NCBI GenBank assembly: GCA_050084985.1
Contig: JBITNC010000001.1
Location: forward strand, 43,648,001-43,712,000
Direction of reading: 5' to 3'
From: Nageia nagi
Lineage: Eukaryota > Plantae > Pinophyta
Length of the DNA: 64,000 bases
A program made the position numbers and the translations under genes. Below the pieces are notes generated by a model. That model saw only the letters and a list, made by a program, of their open reading frames with translations, did not search any database and was not told the origin of the DNA. Positions within the stretch are counted from its first letter, which is position 1; every line of letters starts with the position of its first letter. Below are positions 13,801-26,097 of the stretch, one piece after another.

Positions 13801-15415
13801 GATTTTAGTTTTATAAGTAGAAGATTTGATATTTAAAATGTAACACATTGATTCACCTTCTCTCAGTGTCATTGTGTAACTAACACTTCATGAATTTTGT
13901 TGATTATTTGGGAACTATATCTGCAATATCTTTCTTGTTGCTTTGGATTTCTCTTTATGAAGTTTCTAGGTGAAGAAAGCCGGGTGTACAAGAATGAAGG
14001 CACAATTTGTAGGATACAATACCTTCCACAATATAGTAAAACAGTGGATATTGGTTTAGAAGCTCTACTCCGACAAGTAATGTGTTAGTTCTATTAATGA
14101 GGTTCATCTCTAACAATAGTCCAGAGGTAATGGATGTTTATGCCTCTAGGTAGGATTTAACAAGAGGCATGGAATTGAAGGAATAAATACTAGTGTATGT
14201 TTAACTTTATTATAATACGTGAGCATATGTTATTATTACCAGTGTCTTGGAATCCATGTTTATTAGTAGGTAATAACTCACCACAAGAAAGTGGTTTATC
14301 ATTTTTAGGCATCTCTTAGTTAACTATTTAGTATTGGTGAAATTTTAATACAACAGGTGGTGCAGTGTGTTGTGAGAATGGCTATAGGCATCTCTAATAT
14401 AAGTACAAAAAGGAAACACGAGTACAAAATAGTACTATATAATAATTTTTCTAATTTTTCTGTACAATTATCTGCCTTTCAATGTCCATCAATGTTAGGG
14501 GAGTTGGGAAAGTAATTGGAATGTTTCATAGGAGCTTCAGGTTTAAAGCGTTATCTATCTATCTAAATGTCTCCTCTCTACATGGTAGAATATGTAAAAA
14601 GAGTTTTAAATGCTGTTCTCTGAAATTTAAAAAGGTTTGCCTTTCCAAAAAAGAGAATCTGTCTATTTTTCAATGGTGCAATAAAAGGAAAGAAACAATT
14701 GTTAAAGTAGCAAGGAGATTATTTTATAGGATTTATTGAATGTAAAGCCACTTCTTCTTGTGTTTTTCAAGAATAACTTGAAAACAAGGATTTGGGCAAA
14801 GGATTTTCAGAAAAACATTCCAGAAATGTGAAAAGATAAAAGGAAAAAAGAATCATCTTATACTTGATTACAAAATGATCAAGTTCTTGAAAAGTAGCTT
14901 AACTGGGCATTAGCCAGGCTGATTTATGTGTGTGATTGTAGCTGTTTGACTGGTTGGGCATTTCAAGTCTTGCAGAAGTCCCTTGTGACATGGGTTAGTA
15001 ATCGGATACAGAGACCAAATGTTTACTTTCTTTCTTTAAAAACAAATTGAATAAACGACGTGTCGTTATAAGTTTTGTATGCAAAATTGTCCTAAAAGAG
15101 TTGGTCAACTGATTTTTTCTTGATAAACTACAGGCTCAGTTCCTCCTCCACATGTGCAAAGTGTTCTCTTGCTTTTCATGCTTACTAAAAATGGCACAGT
15201 TGTGATTTTTTTACAAAGCCTGAATCATTTCCCGTAAGAAGTCAAATTTGAAAACTCAAAACGATAGAAATTTCAACGATAAGGGGCACGTTTGGGCATT
15301 GGCTTCCAGCAAGTAATATTTTGCATGTATTTTCAACTTTATTATGTTTGTGTTTTATGCTTGTTTATTATTTTTGCAGGAGATGGTATTCAATGAGAAA
15401 CCTCCTGATGCCTGA
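4681..15415 (+). CDS. RHB1A: RING-H2 E3 ubiquitin ligase, RHB1A family; join(4681..4815,6372..6792,9562..9671,15380..15415), 233 aa
   Basis: All GT-AG junctions are in frame (phases 0,1,0). MG-Cys N-terminus, IPDTYRAPPTPLPYD motif, C3H2C3 RING (CPTC...CEHHFHLSC...CPIC) and EMVFNE tail match the family. Symbol denotes homology only. Confidence 0.9.
6372..6792 (+). CDS. RHB1A: RING-H2 gene coding exon 2
   Basis: Acceptor tgcag ending 6371; CTPTAEEQ...EEDICPTCLE; donor GTAAG at 6793; lies within ORF 6177..6857. Confidence 0.92.
7343..9094. mobile_element. Solo LTR (~1.75 kb) in intron 2
   Basis: Termini TGTCATGACCC...GGGTCACAACA (short inverted repeat); 5-bp TSD ctcat/ctcct; no retroelement coding region. 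Confidence 0.75.
9562..9671 (+). CDS. RHB1A: RING-H2 gene coding exon 3 (RING core)
   Basis: Acceptor ggcag ending 9561; (G)YDKENPRIITKCEHHFHLSCILEWMERSDHCPICDK; donor GT at 9672. Confidence 0.93.
9834..9860 (+). CDS. Candidate proximal alternative terminal exon (EIAIYTTP*)
   Basis: Branch-like CACTAAC, pyrimidine tract and ttccag acceptor ending 9833; in-frame phase-0 exon ending TAG. Confidence 0.45.
   Translation, partial: EIAIYTTP
10270..10603. repeat. Tandem duplication of a 168-bp unit
   Basis: atggactgagtatgtttgtgc...aaatttcaactgc starts at 10270 and again at 10438, with only a few mismatches. Confidence 0.9.
11070..11251 (-). mobile_element. Possible degenerate tRNA-derived SINE
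   Basis: Minus strand has A-box-like TGGGCTAGTGG and B-box-like GGTTAAAACC ~28 nt apart, plus an A-rich end; no clear TSD. Confidence 0.4.
11621..13885 (+). mobile_element. Solo LTR (~2.27 kb) in intron 3, copia (SIRE/Maximus-like) type
   Basis: TGATA...TAACA termini; TSD tttca/cttca; U5-like GATTCACCTTCTCTCAGT near the 3' end; internal gagttacaaatgacaagtg repeats (12940-13210); GATGTAGC...GGTGAAC motif at ~13703. Confidence 0.65.
15380..15415 (+). CDS. RHB1A: RING-H2 gene distal terminal coding exon (EMVFNEKPPDA*)
   Basis: Strong acceptor tttttgcag ending 15379; matches the family C-terminal E(M/V)VF(N/D) motif; followed by 3'UTR-like sequence. Confidence 0.8.
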   Translation, partial: EMVFNEKPPDA

Positions 15416-17704
15416 TTATCTTTGGGCTTATTTTGAAACTTCAAAAGTTACTTTTCGATATTGAAATGTGCATGTGTTATATAGTGATTCTGGGATGCTA
15501 TCAAGCTGTGGCAAGATGCATTCCAGGTTATTCTTTTACAACCAATGGAAGTTCATTTGATACGTAGGGCTGCAAGACATTGTTGCGGTTTGTAACTTGT
15601 ATTGTGCCAGGTGCCTATTTGTTGACAAGAAAGTCACTGTGTCTCTGTTCCTTTGTCAATCCATGTACAAGTTAATAGCTGATTCAAGACTCTCATGTAT
15701 CTAAAGATCATATTGATCTTAAAACGATTCTTGTTTAATGAAAAGTATTCATGTTCTTGCATTTCATATTTTAGTTTCTGTGATATAAAATGGTTTTGTG
15801 AATGTTCATTTGTATGTTTGAAAAATTGAGTTGTACCTTTGATTTGAGGCGGCCACCATAACAGAGAATAAAGAAAGAAATTATCAACTAAAAGAAATTG
15901 AAAGACAACATTAAAAATTTACAATGTGAAAGAAAATATTTAATATTTAACATTTTAATGTTTAATATTTTATGTTTTATAATTCAAATATTTTAAATAG
16001 TTTGAGAAATATTAAATATTTTAAAAAATAAAAAAAACATATATTTTTATTATTTGAATGTTTTTATATAATTTAAAATGCTTCATATATCTGCGGTGTC
16101 TGCAGACTTTCCTAAAAATGCCCTGCCGTGGACAGCTGTTTTTAAGGAGAACCATTGATCATGGACAATGTGTCATCATTTAATCTGTCGGTTCAAGATT
16201 AACATATATGTTGTTTCCAGATGGAACGACCTCAAATTTGCGTTTAGCGTTTTCAACTTTGTTGCTTGGAAAATGTGTACCGTTGAGTTCCATTTCCATT
16301 TCTGTGATTGTTATTCATCAATGTGGTTTTGCTCAGCATTAGGTATATTGGGTTTCATAAGCGAGTCACGACATATTTGTCTCCGATATTCTTTGCCTAG
16401 TTGTTGACTTACCAATATAAACATATTTTCGTGACCATGGTATTAGGCTTCTTAAATGAATCAGACAACATATTTGCGATAAATATTGTTTTGACTTATA
16501 GCTGTTGCAAGTTGATCAAAATTATTTAAGTAATTATTTCTACTTACACCAGTGACGTGTTACATCAATCTGATTCATAATGTAAAGGTGCAGAATCTAT
16601 CTTGTGCTATATTTGTAAGGCATGCTTTACTAAATGTCGTAGATTTGCTCCTAGTCTGTATAACTTACGCACATGCATGTTCTACTAAATTTAATAGATT
16701 TACTCCTAGTCTGTAAAACTTACACCACACTTTTGCAGTAAAGTATGCAAATTCATGTTTAATAAAAAAATAAATTAAATATAGGTGGTTATTGTTTCTA
16801 TTTTGTAACTTATTATTGATTAAAAAAATCTTAGTAATGCCAGCTAATAGTTTTTTTTTTTCGACTTTTACTGCATTACAACATTATAGAGACAATATAA
16901 AAAAGTTAAAATACACATATTAGGTGAATTACAAACAATAAGAATACTTTTCGGGGATTAGTTTGAATTACAAAATAATGAATTCTAAAGTTTACTTTTA
17001 TATGGCATTTTGTTTAATAATATAAGTTTTTGAATATAAGAAAGAATTAAGGGAAGATGATCATATTCCAATTTTGATGGGTTTCAAGAGGAAATTTATA
17101 GAAAACAATGGCAGAGTGAAAACGTTGAGACAGTGAGTTATGTTACTGTACCTGTATTTGTGGATTTCAAAAATCATAGCATTTGTGGATTTAAAAAAGT
17201 TTTTGATATTGTTTTTAGGGATCAATTTTTGAAAGGTATGATCAATTTAAAAATACCTTTTAAATTAAAATTTGCAGCTTACATAAGGTTTATATGAGAT
17301 TCATTATATTCAAATTTTAAAGATCGATGTGAAGCAGAAGTGACATTTCATAAATTAATCTATGATCATATAAGAACATTGTAGTGTAAATCACCTTCAA
17401 AGATGTAAACTAGGGTAGGTAATATTTTTGTATCAATTGTAATAGGAACAAAATTGGACCTGGAAGGTTGTTAGGGAGGTTACTAAACACATGGATAATG
17501 GTGTTTGATTCGATGATAATATTTTGAGAGTTAAAAGATTTTTCAATATCGTATTGGAGATGATATTGATACTTATTCATTATGGATATGAATGGGGAAG
17601 TGTTTCAAAAATAGAGAGGGCAATTGGTTGAAATTAGGACTAAATGCTATGGTAAAATTTAATATCAATCCAATGATTGATTAGAATGTGATAATGGGAA
17701 TCTT

Positions 17705-20700
17705 TGTAACATCAAGTTACAATCATGATTAATTAGGTAACACATATTTGAATGTATGTAGATGCATGTTAACATCTAAAAGAGAATTTTAATTTAATTA
17801 AAATACTTTTTTAAATATTTGAAATAATTTATTTATTAAATTAAATAAATATTTTTATTACCATGTCCTCTCATCTACTTTTATATTTTATGATAACACG
17901 TCATCCAACATCATAATAAGCTTAAAGAGGAGTCTAGCACTAGATTTGTTACTTATAAAGGTGGAATGGTTGTGCATAAACAATTATGACATGATCTTGA
18001 ATCTTTGATATGTAACAATTACTTTTGTCATTCTTGATCGGTGTTTCTCAACTCCACATATCATATTTGAATTTTGTTATACATTGAGCTTTGTATTCTT
18101 GTGATCTTTTCCATCTATTTAAGCACGATATTCCAAGTTTCAAAGGAATGACAATGATATCAAGCGAAAGGGTGAGGTAATCTGGAATGGTAGCCAGGTG
18201 ATGTCGTTGGATTAATGACGGTTTGGTGGCTCTATTAATTGGGAAGCTCATCGTTCGTCTCCTTTTGATCGAATATCACCTTCATTCGTTGTGTCAGGTA
18301 CATGTTTGTATCTTTCATAAATCCAGTTTGATAGTTCAAGGTCAATTAGGTCACTATCATCTTTCATGTCATTACTATTTATTGTTATTTCGTGATTAAT
18401 TGGTTAAATTGAATATTATTAAATAACCCTAATTATTATTATTTTAGTTATAACAATTGGTGAAACTGACTTCTTTTCAACACATCGCTTTATACTTCTC
18501 TAATTGCTCTAAAAATCTTAGGGTTTTTGGATAGGATTAATATTGTATTTCAAGTGTTTTAGAAATGGATTTTAGTTTCTTGTAGGGTCAATAGCTTTGA
18601 TGATGCAACCAAAGCTAATATGAAGAAAATGCTTTATGGAAATGATGATAGAAGTGAAGACTCCAACATTGGGGGCAACAATCGATTAGTTAGAGCTAAT
18701 CCTTCCATTTCTAGGGATTCAAATCTACTATATGATGAAATTCACAATTATAGGGCAGTATATCTTCAAGTGGAACCTATTTTCATTACGTATCATGGTA
18801 GGGAGACCCTATGGATCATATCAAGGCTTTCGAGATAAAATTCAAATTGAAATTTAAAGTGGATGAAAATTTGATGGCAAAATATTTCCCAACCATATTC
18901 AAAGGTGATGCACTCAATTGGTACTCCTCTTTACTCGTTAAATCCATTAATTGTTATGCACAACTTATCTCAAAATTCTATATACATTTCAAATATCATG
19001 CTCCTAGGAAAATACCAGTTTTAGATTTAGTTAGTGTTATCTAAGGTCCAAATGAAATATTTGATAAGTTTGCATAAAGATTTTAAAAGATATGGAGCGT
19101 GATACAAGAGCCATTGTCTAAGCCTCATGTCACACATGTGTTTGTTCATAACATTCACCCTAAGTTGAAACTCATCACCTTGGATTACATAACACTTCTA
19201 TTCACAGAGATTGTGCATAGGATCACACATAGAGAAATGCTTAGTTGACATGGGTGACCTAAAATATGAAAATCCCTGTAAAGAGACAAAAGGAAGGAGA
19301 TATTAGAAAAAAGAAGACAAATAAGTTCATGCCATAGAAGAACCACAAATCAAGGAATAACAAAAGAGTCAAGAAAAGCAAAATTTCAAGAAAATACAAG
19401 GTTACATTTGGCTTCCTCAATTATGTTCAAGGATTATTTACAAAAGGGATTAATCAAACTTGATCTGAAATAAGAGCTAAGTCCCCATGACGATAAACAT
19501 AGTTGGTACAATGAGGCAAGGTTTTATGAATATTACAAGGTGAAAGGTCACAAGATAAATGCCTACATGATCCTAAGAAAATAATTGTGGAAATTGTTGG
19601 ATGAGTCTCATGTAGTAGACTTAGAAGAAGTCGAACCACTTACGAAAAAATGTCATTTTCAACTAGGAACTATGTGGCGCCGTTAGGATAGGAAGACCTA
19701 GAGGGAACTTTAATCTAACCACGATAGAGAGAACATAGACCCCCTGTAATTCTGGTACGTAACAACTCCTTAACCAACTAAAGGTAACTCATGCCAAGAT
19801 AAGTATTTTCAAACTTTTGCAATTATCAATTAATCATAGAGATGCTTTATTTGATGCACTTAAAAAAGATTGAAATTGATGTGAATATTCTTTTTGCTAA
19901 ATTTACAAAATTAGTAGCTAATCTTGATACAAATTTAGTTTGTAACATGCTTTACTTTCAAGATAGTGAATTGCCTAGTGAAGATGTCATTGAAAAGAAT
20001 TTAGGGATATATATTCATATAAATGTTGATGATGTTCCTATTAAAAAAATATTGATTGATATTGATTCTAACATGAATGTTTGTTCAGTAGATTTATTGC
20101 AAAAGTACTTTCCTTCTATTTATGTAAAAATGAAGAGAATTACAATTAGCATAAAAGGATTTGATAATACTGAAAAAAATGCATTGGTTATGTTACTATG
20201 CCTATTGAAGTAGGAGGTAAATATGTTTATCAAAAAGTTTATGTTTTTCAAGTGAAATTTCCATATAACTTGTTTCTTGATAAACCATGGATATATAAGC
20301 TTAGGGCTGTTACTTGCACATTGCATTGGTCAATTAAATTTATGCACAAAGGAAAATAAGTTACAATTCATGTAGAAGACAACCCTATAGATGTATGCCA
20401 AGTAGTTGGAAGATTTTGGATCTTGTAAGATTTGGTTGACAATGAGGAAGACACACCAAATCCTATCAACGACAACAGTCCACAAGAGGTAAGTCTAGGA
20501 ACATACAAAATCCCAGAGATTAACATATGAAAAAACTTCAAAGCTTGGATGACCCCTATCTGACCTTGAAACATAGTGACATCACCCAAATAAGGATGAA
20601 ATTGAGCATCGTCATTCTATTCCTAAAGAGATAGAAGACTCGATTATAGATATGAGTGTGTTGTATCAGGAACAAGAGGGAAAAAAACTCATTAGATAAC

Positions 20701-22203
20701 AAAAATTTTGCTTCTATTTCACAAACTTCATCAGGTCAGGTAAGTATGCATCTCAATAGTATTGATTCTACTTTTGCTAATCAGTACATGTATAAATGTC
20801 AATATGATGGAAAAGGACTAGGTAAGAATGAGCAAGGTATCATAGAGCCTATTCCAAATGAAGGTCAATATAAGAGAATAATCAAAATTAGATTTGATGA
20901 TTCAACATCCATCATATCTTATCCAACTCCAATCATCCAACATGTTTATAGCAGTGATCAAGAAAACACTAGGAATATCTTTGTTGAGTAGTTACATTGT
21001 AGTATGATGCATAATCATATGGAGGAACTTCAGGCTTATTATATAGGTCCATCCTTGCCACGTACTATTCTAGTTTGAGTGAATATTTTTTGGAATAATG
21101 ATGCTATTATTGAGAGAAGCTGGGTGAAAGGAGAGAGTTTTCCAAATCCACTGAGAAGAGGTTTGTAGCTTAGTTCTTGCAATATTAGGTCTACTTTGGA
21201 GAAGAGGTTTGCAAGGATGATGAAGATATTGTAGGTTAGTTTCTTACTCTTTTTCTTTTCTTTTATTCATTTTTCATGAAATCAGTCCTAGGTCTAGTGA
21301 GGAATTCATTAGGTGTTATTTTTGTCATCCCTTAATGGAGTGACATCGCCTAGATCTAAGCATTGTCGCTCCATTTGTCATGTCTCTTATGAGTGAGTTT
21401 GGATGCAAGATTGGTGGCATTACCTATTCCTCTCCAACTTAGTGATGAAATGTCCTATCTTAGTGAGGAAATAGTAGAAGTAAACATCAGTACCAACAGG
21501 ATCCAAAGTTGATTAAAATAGAAGCTTGGTTAACGTTGGAAGAAAGGGAAAGGTACTGCCTACTGTTAAATAAGTTTTTTGATGTATTTGCTTGGTCTTA
21601 TTTTGATATACCTAATCTTGATCTTAATTTTGTCACTCATAGTTTAGTCATCAATGAAACTGCTAATCAGTCCAATAGAAACCTAAAAAAATGCATCCTG
21701 GAGTAGCTCTTGCAATTAAAAAGGAAATTGAAAAATATCTTGATGTTAGTTTTATTGTCTCTATTAATTATTCTTTATGGATTTCTAACATTGTTTCTAC
21801 AACTAAGCCTAATGATGGAATAAGATATTGTAAAAATTTCTGGGATATTAACAAGGCATGCCCTAAAGATGCCTTTCCTCTACCTAACATTGATATGATT
21901 ATAGATTCAATAGCAAGCCATGGAATTTTTTCTTTCATGGATAGTTTTTTCGGATATAATCAAATAAAAATTGATAAGGAAGATCAATATATGATAATTT
22001 TTGTTACTCCTTGGGGCACATTCTATTGGGTGGTCATTTCTTTTGGTTTGAAGAACGTGGGTGCAGCTTTTCAAAGAGCAATGGTAAGCATGTTTCATGA
22101 TATGATCCATGATAGTGTTGAGGTGTATGTTGATTAAATTCTAGCCAAATTCACAATAAAAGATGATCACATTTCAAATTTGAGAAATTTTTTCAACGAT
22201 CTT
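17705..22203 (+). mobile_element. Decayed, 3'-truncated Ty3/gypsy element of Tat/Ogre type (LTR-gag-PR-G-patch-RT)
   Basis: LTR end ...TATAACA at 18455 then TGG PBS; gag KYFPTIFKGDALNWYSSL; protease KILIDIDSNMNV; G-patch YDGKGLGKNEQGIIEPI; RT NKACPKDAFPLPNID, SFMDSFFGYNQI, VYVD*; many stops; LTR 5' boundary uncertain. Confidence 0.8.
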
Positions 22204-22645
22204 CATTTGGTATCAAAACTTGAAGATCTAGGATTGAGTATTTTCAAGTTTGAAAACTGTGGTTGTTGTGCAAATGTTTGGAAAGAATTTTTGCAAATCC
22301 AAGTTGTGTTGAAGATATGTTGTTATGAAAAGAAACTAAAATTCAATACCAATCCCTAAATTTGATGGGACTGATTATGAATATCAAAGCATCAGAATGA
22401 TGACTCTCTTGGAAGGAAAATGCTTATATGATATTGTAGAAGATGGCTATAGTGAACCTGATAATTGGAGTGTTCTAAGTGAAGATGCCAAGAAGGATAC
22501 CAAGGAGAAGAATAATAATAATAACTTATTAGCTTTGTCACATATTCAATCTGCTCTTGATAAGAACATTTTCCCATGAATATCTACTTGTAAAATTGCC
22601 ATTGATGCATGGAAATCCTTGAAAGAAGGTTATCAAGGAAGTGTT

Positions 22646-23647
22646 CACTATTAAGAAAAGGCTTATTTGCATCTTTTTTGTGTCACAAAAGTATTTTTAA
22701 ATACACCAACATTAAATTACATCATAATGCATCATCTTGCATAGAAACCATTTTTGAATTTTTTTACATATTTCAATGCAAAAATTGATGCAAATTTTGA
22801 TGTAAATTTTAATACAAAATTTGCATCGTATTTTACTAACAAAAATTAAAATGCATTTCACATGTTCATCAATCAACCAATCGACACCTCACATTTATTT
22901 TAGCCTCCATCTGTACCAAAATGAATTACCTAATAGCCAAATAACCTTTGCTATTTATATATATCAACAAACCCTCACCATAATCCTCACATTTCATATA
23001 TTTCAACTAATGTTTTTGTTCCTTAGATTTCAGGTTTTGATCATAGGTATGAATACCAAGTCAAAGGATAAGCCTACATAGAAAAAACTAGTGGTAGAGA
23101 AATATCCAGTTATAGAAAAGAAAACTCCTTTGAAGGATGATAAGAAATTACCCAAAGAAGTAGGCAACATTTCATAATAATATTAAAATATTTATTGTAT
23201 TATTTAGAAAATATATATACAATAAATTCAAATTTTTAAAACCTAAACCACTAACCCCATTCTTGAAGTAGTTTAATAAAAATGGTGTACTTTGCAGAGG
23301 CCATAACTTTTGATCTTGATATCATTTTGAGCCCATTTTTTTAAATCACACATAATTAAAAGATCTACAATTTTGTAATGTTTTTTTTACAAAATTTGAT
23401 GTAAAATATGACACAAATTTTGAAAATTTGATGCAAAAATTGATGTAAATTCTAAAAATTTGATGCAAAATTCGATGCTAAAATTGGTAATACAATGCAA
23501 ACTATGATGCAAAATTTCAATGCAAATGCAATGCAAAAAAGATACAAAAATTTTTATATTAGTTACATCAAAATTTGCATCAATTTTGGTTTTGAAGTTA
23601 AAAAAATGCTCTATGTTTGGATGGAAGTACATTATTTTCTAGTAGTG
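22646..23647. mobile_element. Non-autonomous CACTA element (1002 bp) inserted in copia gag
   Basis: TIRs CACTATTAAGAAAA / TTTTCTAGTAGTG; 3-bp TSD GTT; many tgatgcaaaa subterminal repeats; removal restores gag YQGSVKVKEVKL. Confidence 0.9.
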
Positions 23648-26097
23648 GTTAAAGTGAAAGAGGTTAAGCTTTAGAAACTAAGAAGAGATTTTGAAAATCT
23701 CAAACAACAAGATAATGAGAGTGTAGGTGATTATTGTGTAAGGATGAAGGCTATAGTGAACAAAATGGACATCCTTGGTGATGATTTGGATAAAACTTTG
23801 GTGATTAAGAAAGTCTTAAGGAATTTAACACCAAAATGGGATAATTTGGTTCTTGTAATTGTAGAGACCAAATACATTTCCACCATGAATTTTGATTAGT
23901 TATTTGGCTTCCTTACATCACATGAAAAGATGATTTTATAGAGATCGAATGTTGGTGCAAGTAAAGAATAAGCATTCTCATATAGGAAGAATGAATGCAA
24001 TAGTAGAAGAGGTCAAGGTAGAGGCTCTAGAGGTAGAGGTTAGAATGGAGGAGGAAGAGGTAAAGATCAAGATTAAGGTGGAAGGTTGGTCACAATAGTA
24101 AAAATTAATAAAAATAAAAGTTTTCCAACAAAATTTGTTGAGAAAGGGGGAGGTATTGATTTTGTGGGCATTGAACATAATGTAAATTTATGGCATTTGA
24201 GGTTTGGGAATTTAAATTATTAGAGTTTAAAGATACTATATTCACTTGTTTATGGTTCTAAAGAAGTTTTGGAAGGGTGTGCTCTTGGAAAGCATGCAAG
24301 ATGGTATTTTCCAAAGATTGAAGCATGAAGGGCCCAATCTCCTCTATAGTTAGTTCATAGTAATCTCTGTTGACCAATGCAAACACAAAGTATGGGTAAA
24401 GTTCCTATTTTATTACCTACATGGATGATTTTACAAGATATTGTTGGGTGTATTTCTTTAAACATAAATATGAAGCATTTGAGTGCTTCAAGGATTTCAA
24501 AGCAAGTATTGAGAATCAAAGTGAGAACACTATTAAGTGTTTAAGGACTAATCATGGTGGTGAGCTATTCTATAATTATTTCTTGAATTTTTGTAGGGAT
24601 TTTGGCATAAAGAGGCAATTAAAGTCACCCTATACAACCCAACATTCACCCCAATACTTTGGTAGATATGGTAAGCTATATGATGCACAAAAAATATTTG
24701 AGTAAATTTTATTGGGATGAAGCTGTTAGGAAAATTATTTATATTTTAAATAAAGGTCCTACAAGGAGTTTAGATAATACTACTCCTTATGAATGTTGGT
24801 TTGGGAAGAAGCCAAGTGTGAAACATTTTAAAGTATTTGGTTGTAGATTATGTTCATGTGAGTGATGAACATAGAAAAAAGCTTGATGCTGAGTGAGAGG
24901 TATTTTTTTATTGGGTATAGTGAACACTCAAAATATTATATATATTTTTAACAATTTCTCATAAATGTTTTGTGTCTAGAGATGTTATTTTTGATGAAGG
25001 GGGAAGTTGGAAATCTCAAAAATGCCAAAAGTTATTTTTTGATGATGGTATATTTTAGGTTTCTCCAAATGACCAACCAAGTATTCAACCCAGCCATATT
25101 TCACATAATCAAGTGTAACTCATATATCATAGTTTTGATTCCTCATCTTAAATGGGATATTCTAATGCATCATCAAGTCCAAAAAGTAGTTATTATTCAC
25201 CTCCATCACCAAGTGAGAGTGTAAATCAGTCAATGAAAGGAAATAGATCATTGAAATACCATCCACCATCTCAAATTATTGAACAAAAATTTACTAAAAT
25301 ATTGATAAGGAGTCAACACAAGGAGCTAGATACTACATTGCAAAGACTTGAAAACTTGCACATGTATGGAGATGAAGACAATGGTGAATCCAAAGATGAT
25401 ATGGTAAATTATGCCCCTATTTATACTACTTCCAATGCACATATTTCAAAATACTCTAAAGTTACTAAAATTATTTATTTTGATCCTTCTTGTTTTGAAC
25501 AAGCATGTTCTAACAAAGTGTGGTTGAAGGCTATGAATGAGGATATGTCTTTTATTGTTAAGAATGATACATGGGAGTTGTGTAATTTTCCCACAAATAG
25601 GAAGTGTATTGGACATAAATGGATATATAAGATCAAGAGGAATAATTATGGTCTTATTGAAAGGTATAAAGCACAATTGGTAGCAAAAGGATTTACGCAA
25701 AAGTAGGGCATAAACTATGAGGAGACTTTTTCTCTTGTTGCAAATAAAGAGACTATTTAAATGGTACTTTCATTGGTAGCCTACAAGAATTGGAGTGTGC
25801 ATCAAATTGATGTGAAGAGTGCATTCCTTAATGGGTATCTTAAAGAAGAGGTAAATGTGGCACAACCTCAAGGTTTTGAGGTTCAATGAAAAGAGGATAA
25901 GGTTTATAGATTGAAGAAGGCTTTATATGGGCTAAAGAAAGCTCTAAGAGCTTAGTACATCATAATCAATTAATACTTTCTTAAGTGTGACTTTCAATGA
26001 AATAAGAGTGAGCACACTTTGTATTACAAGAAACATGATATAAACATTTCTACTTGTTTTCTTGTATCTTGATGATTTGTTATTTATGGAAAGTAGT

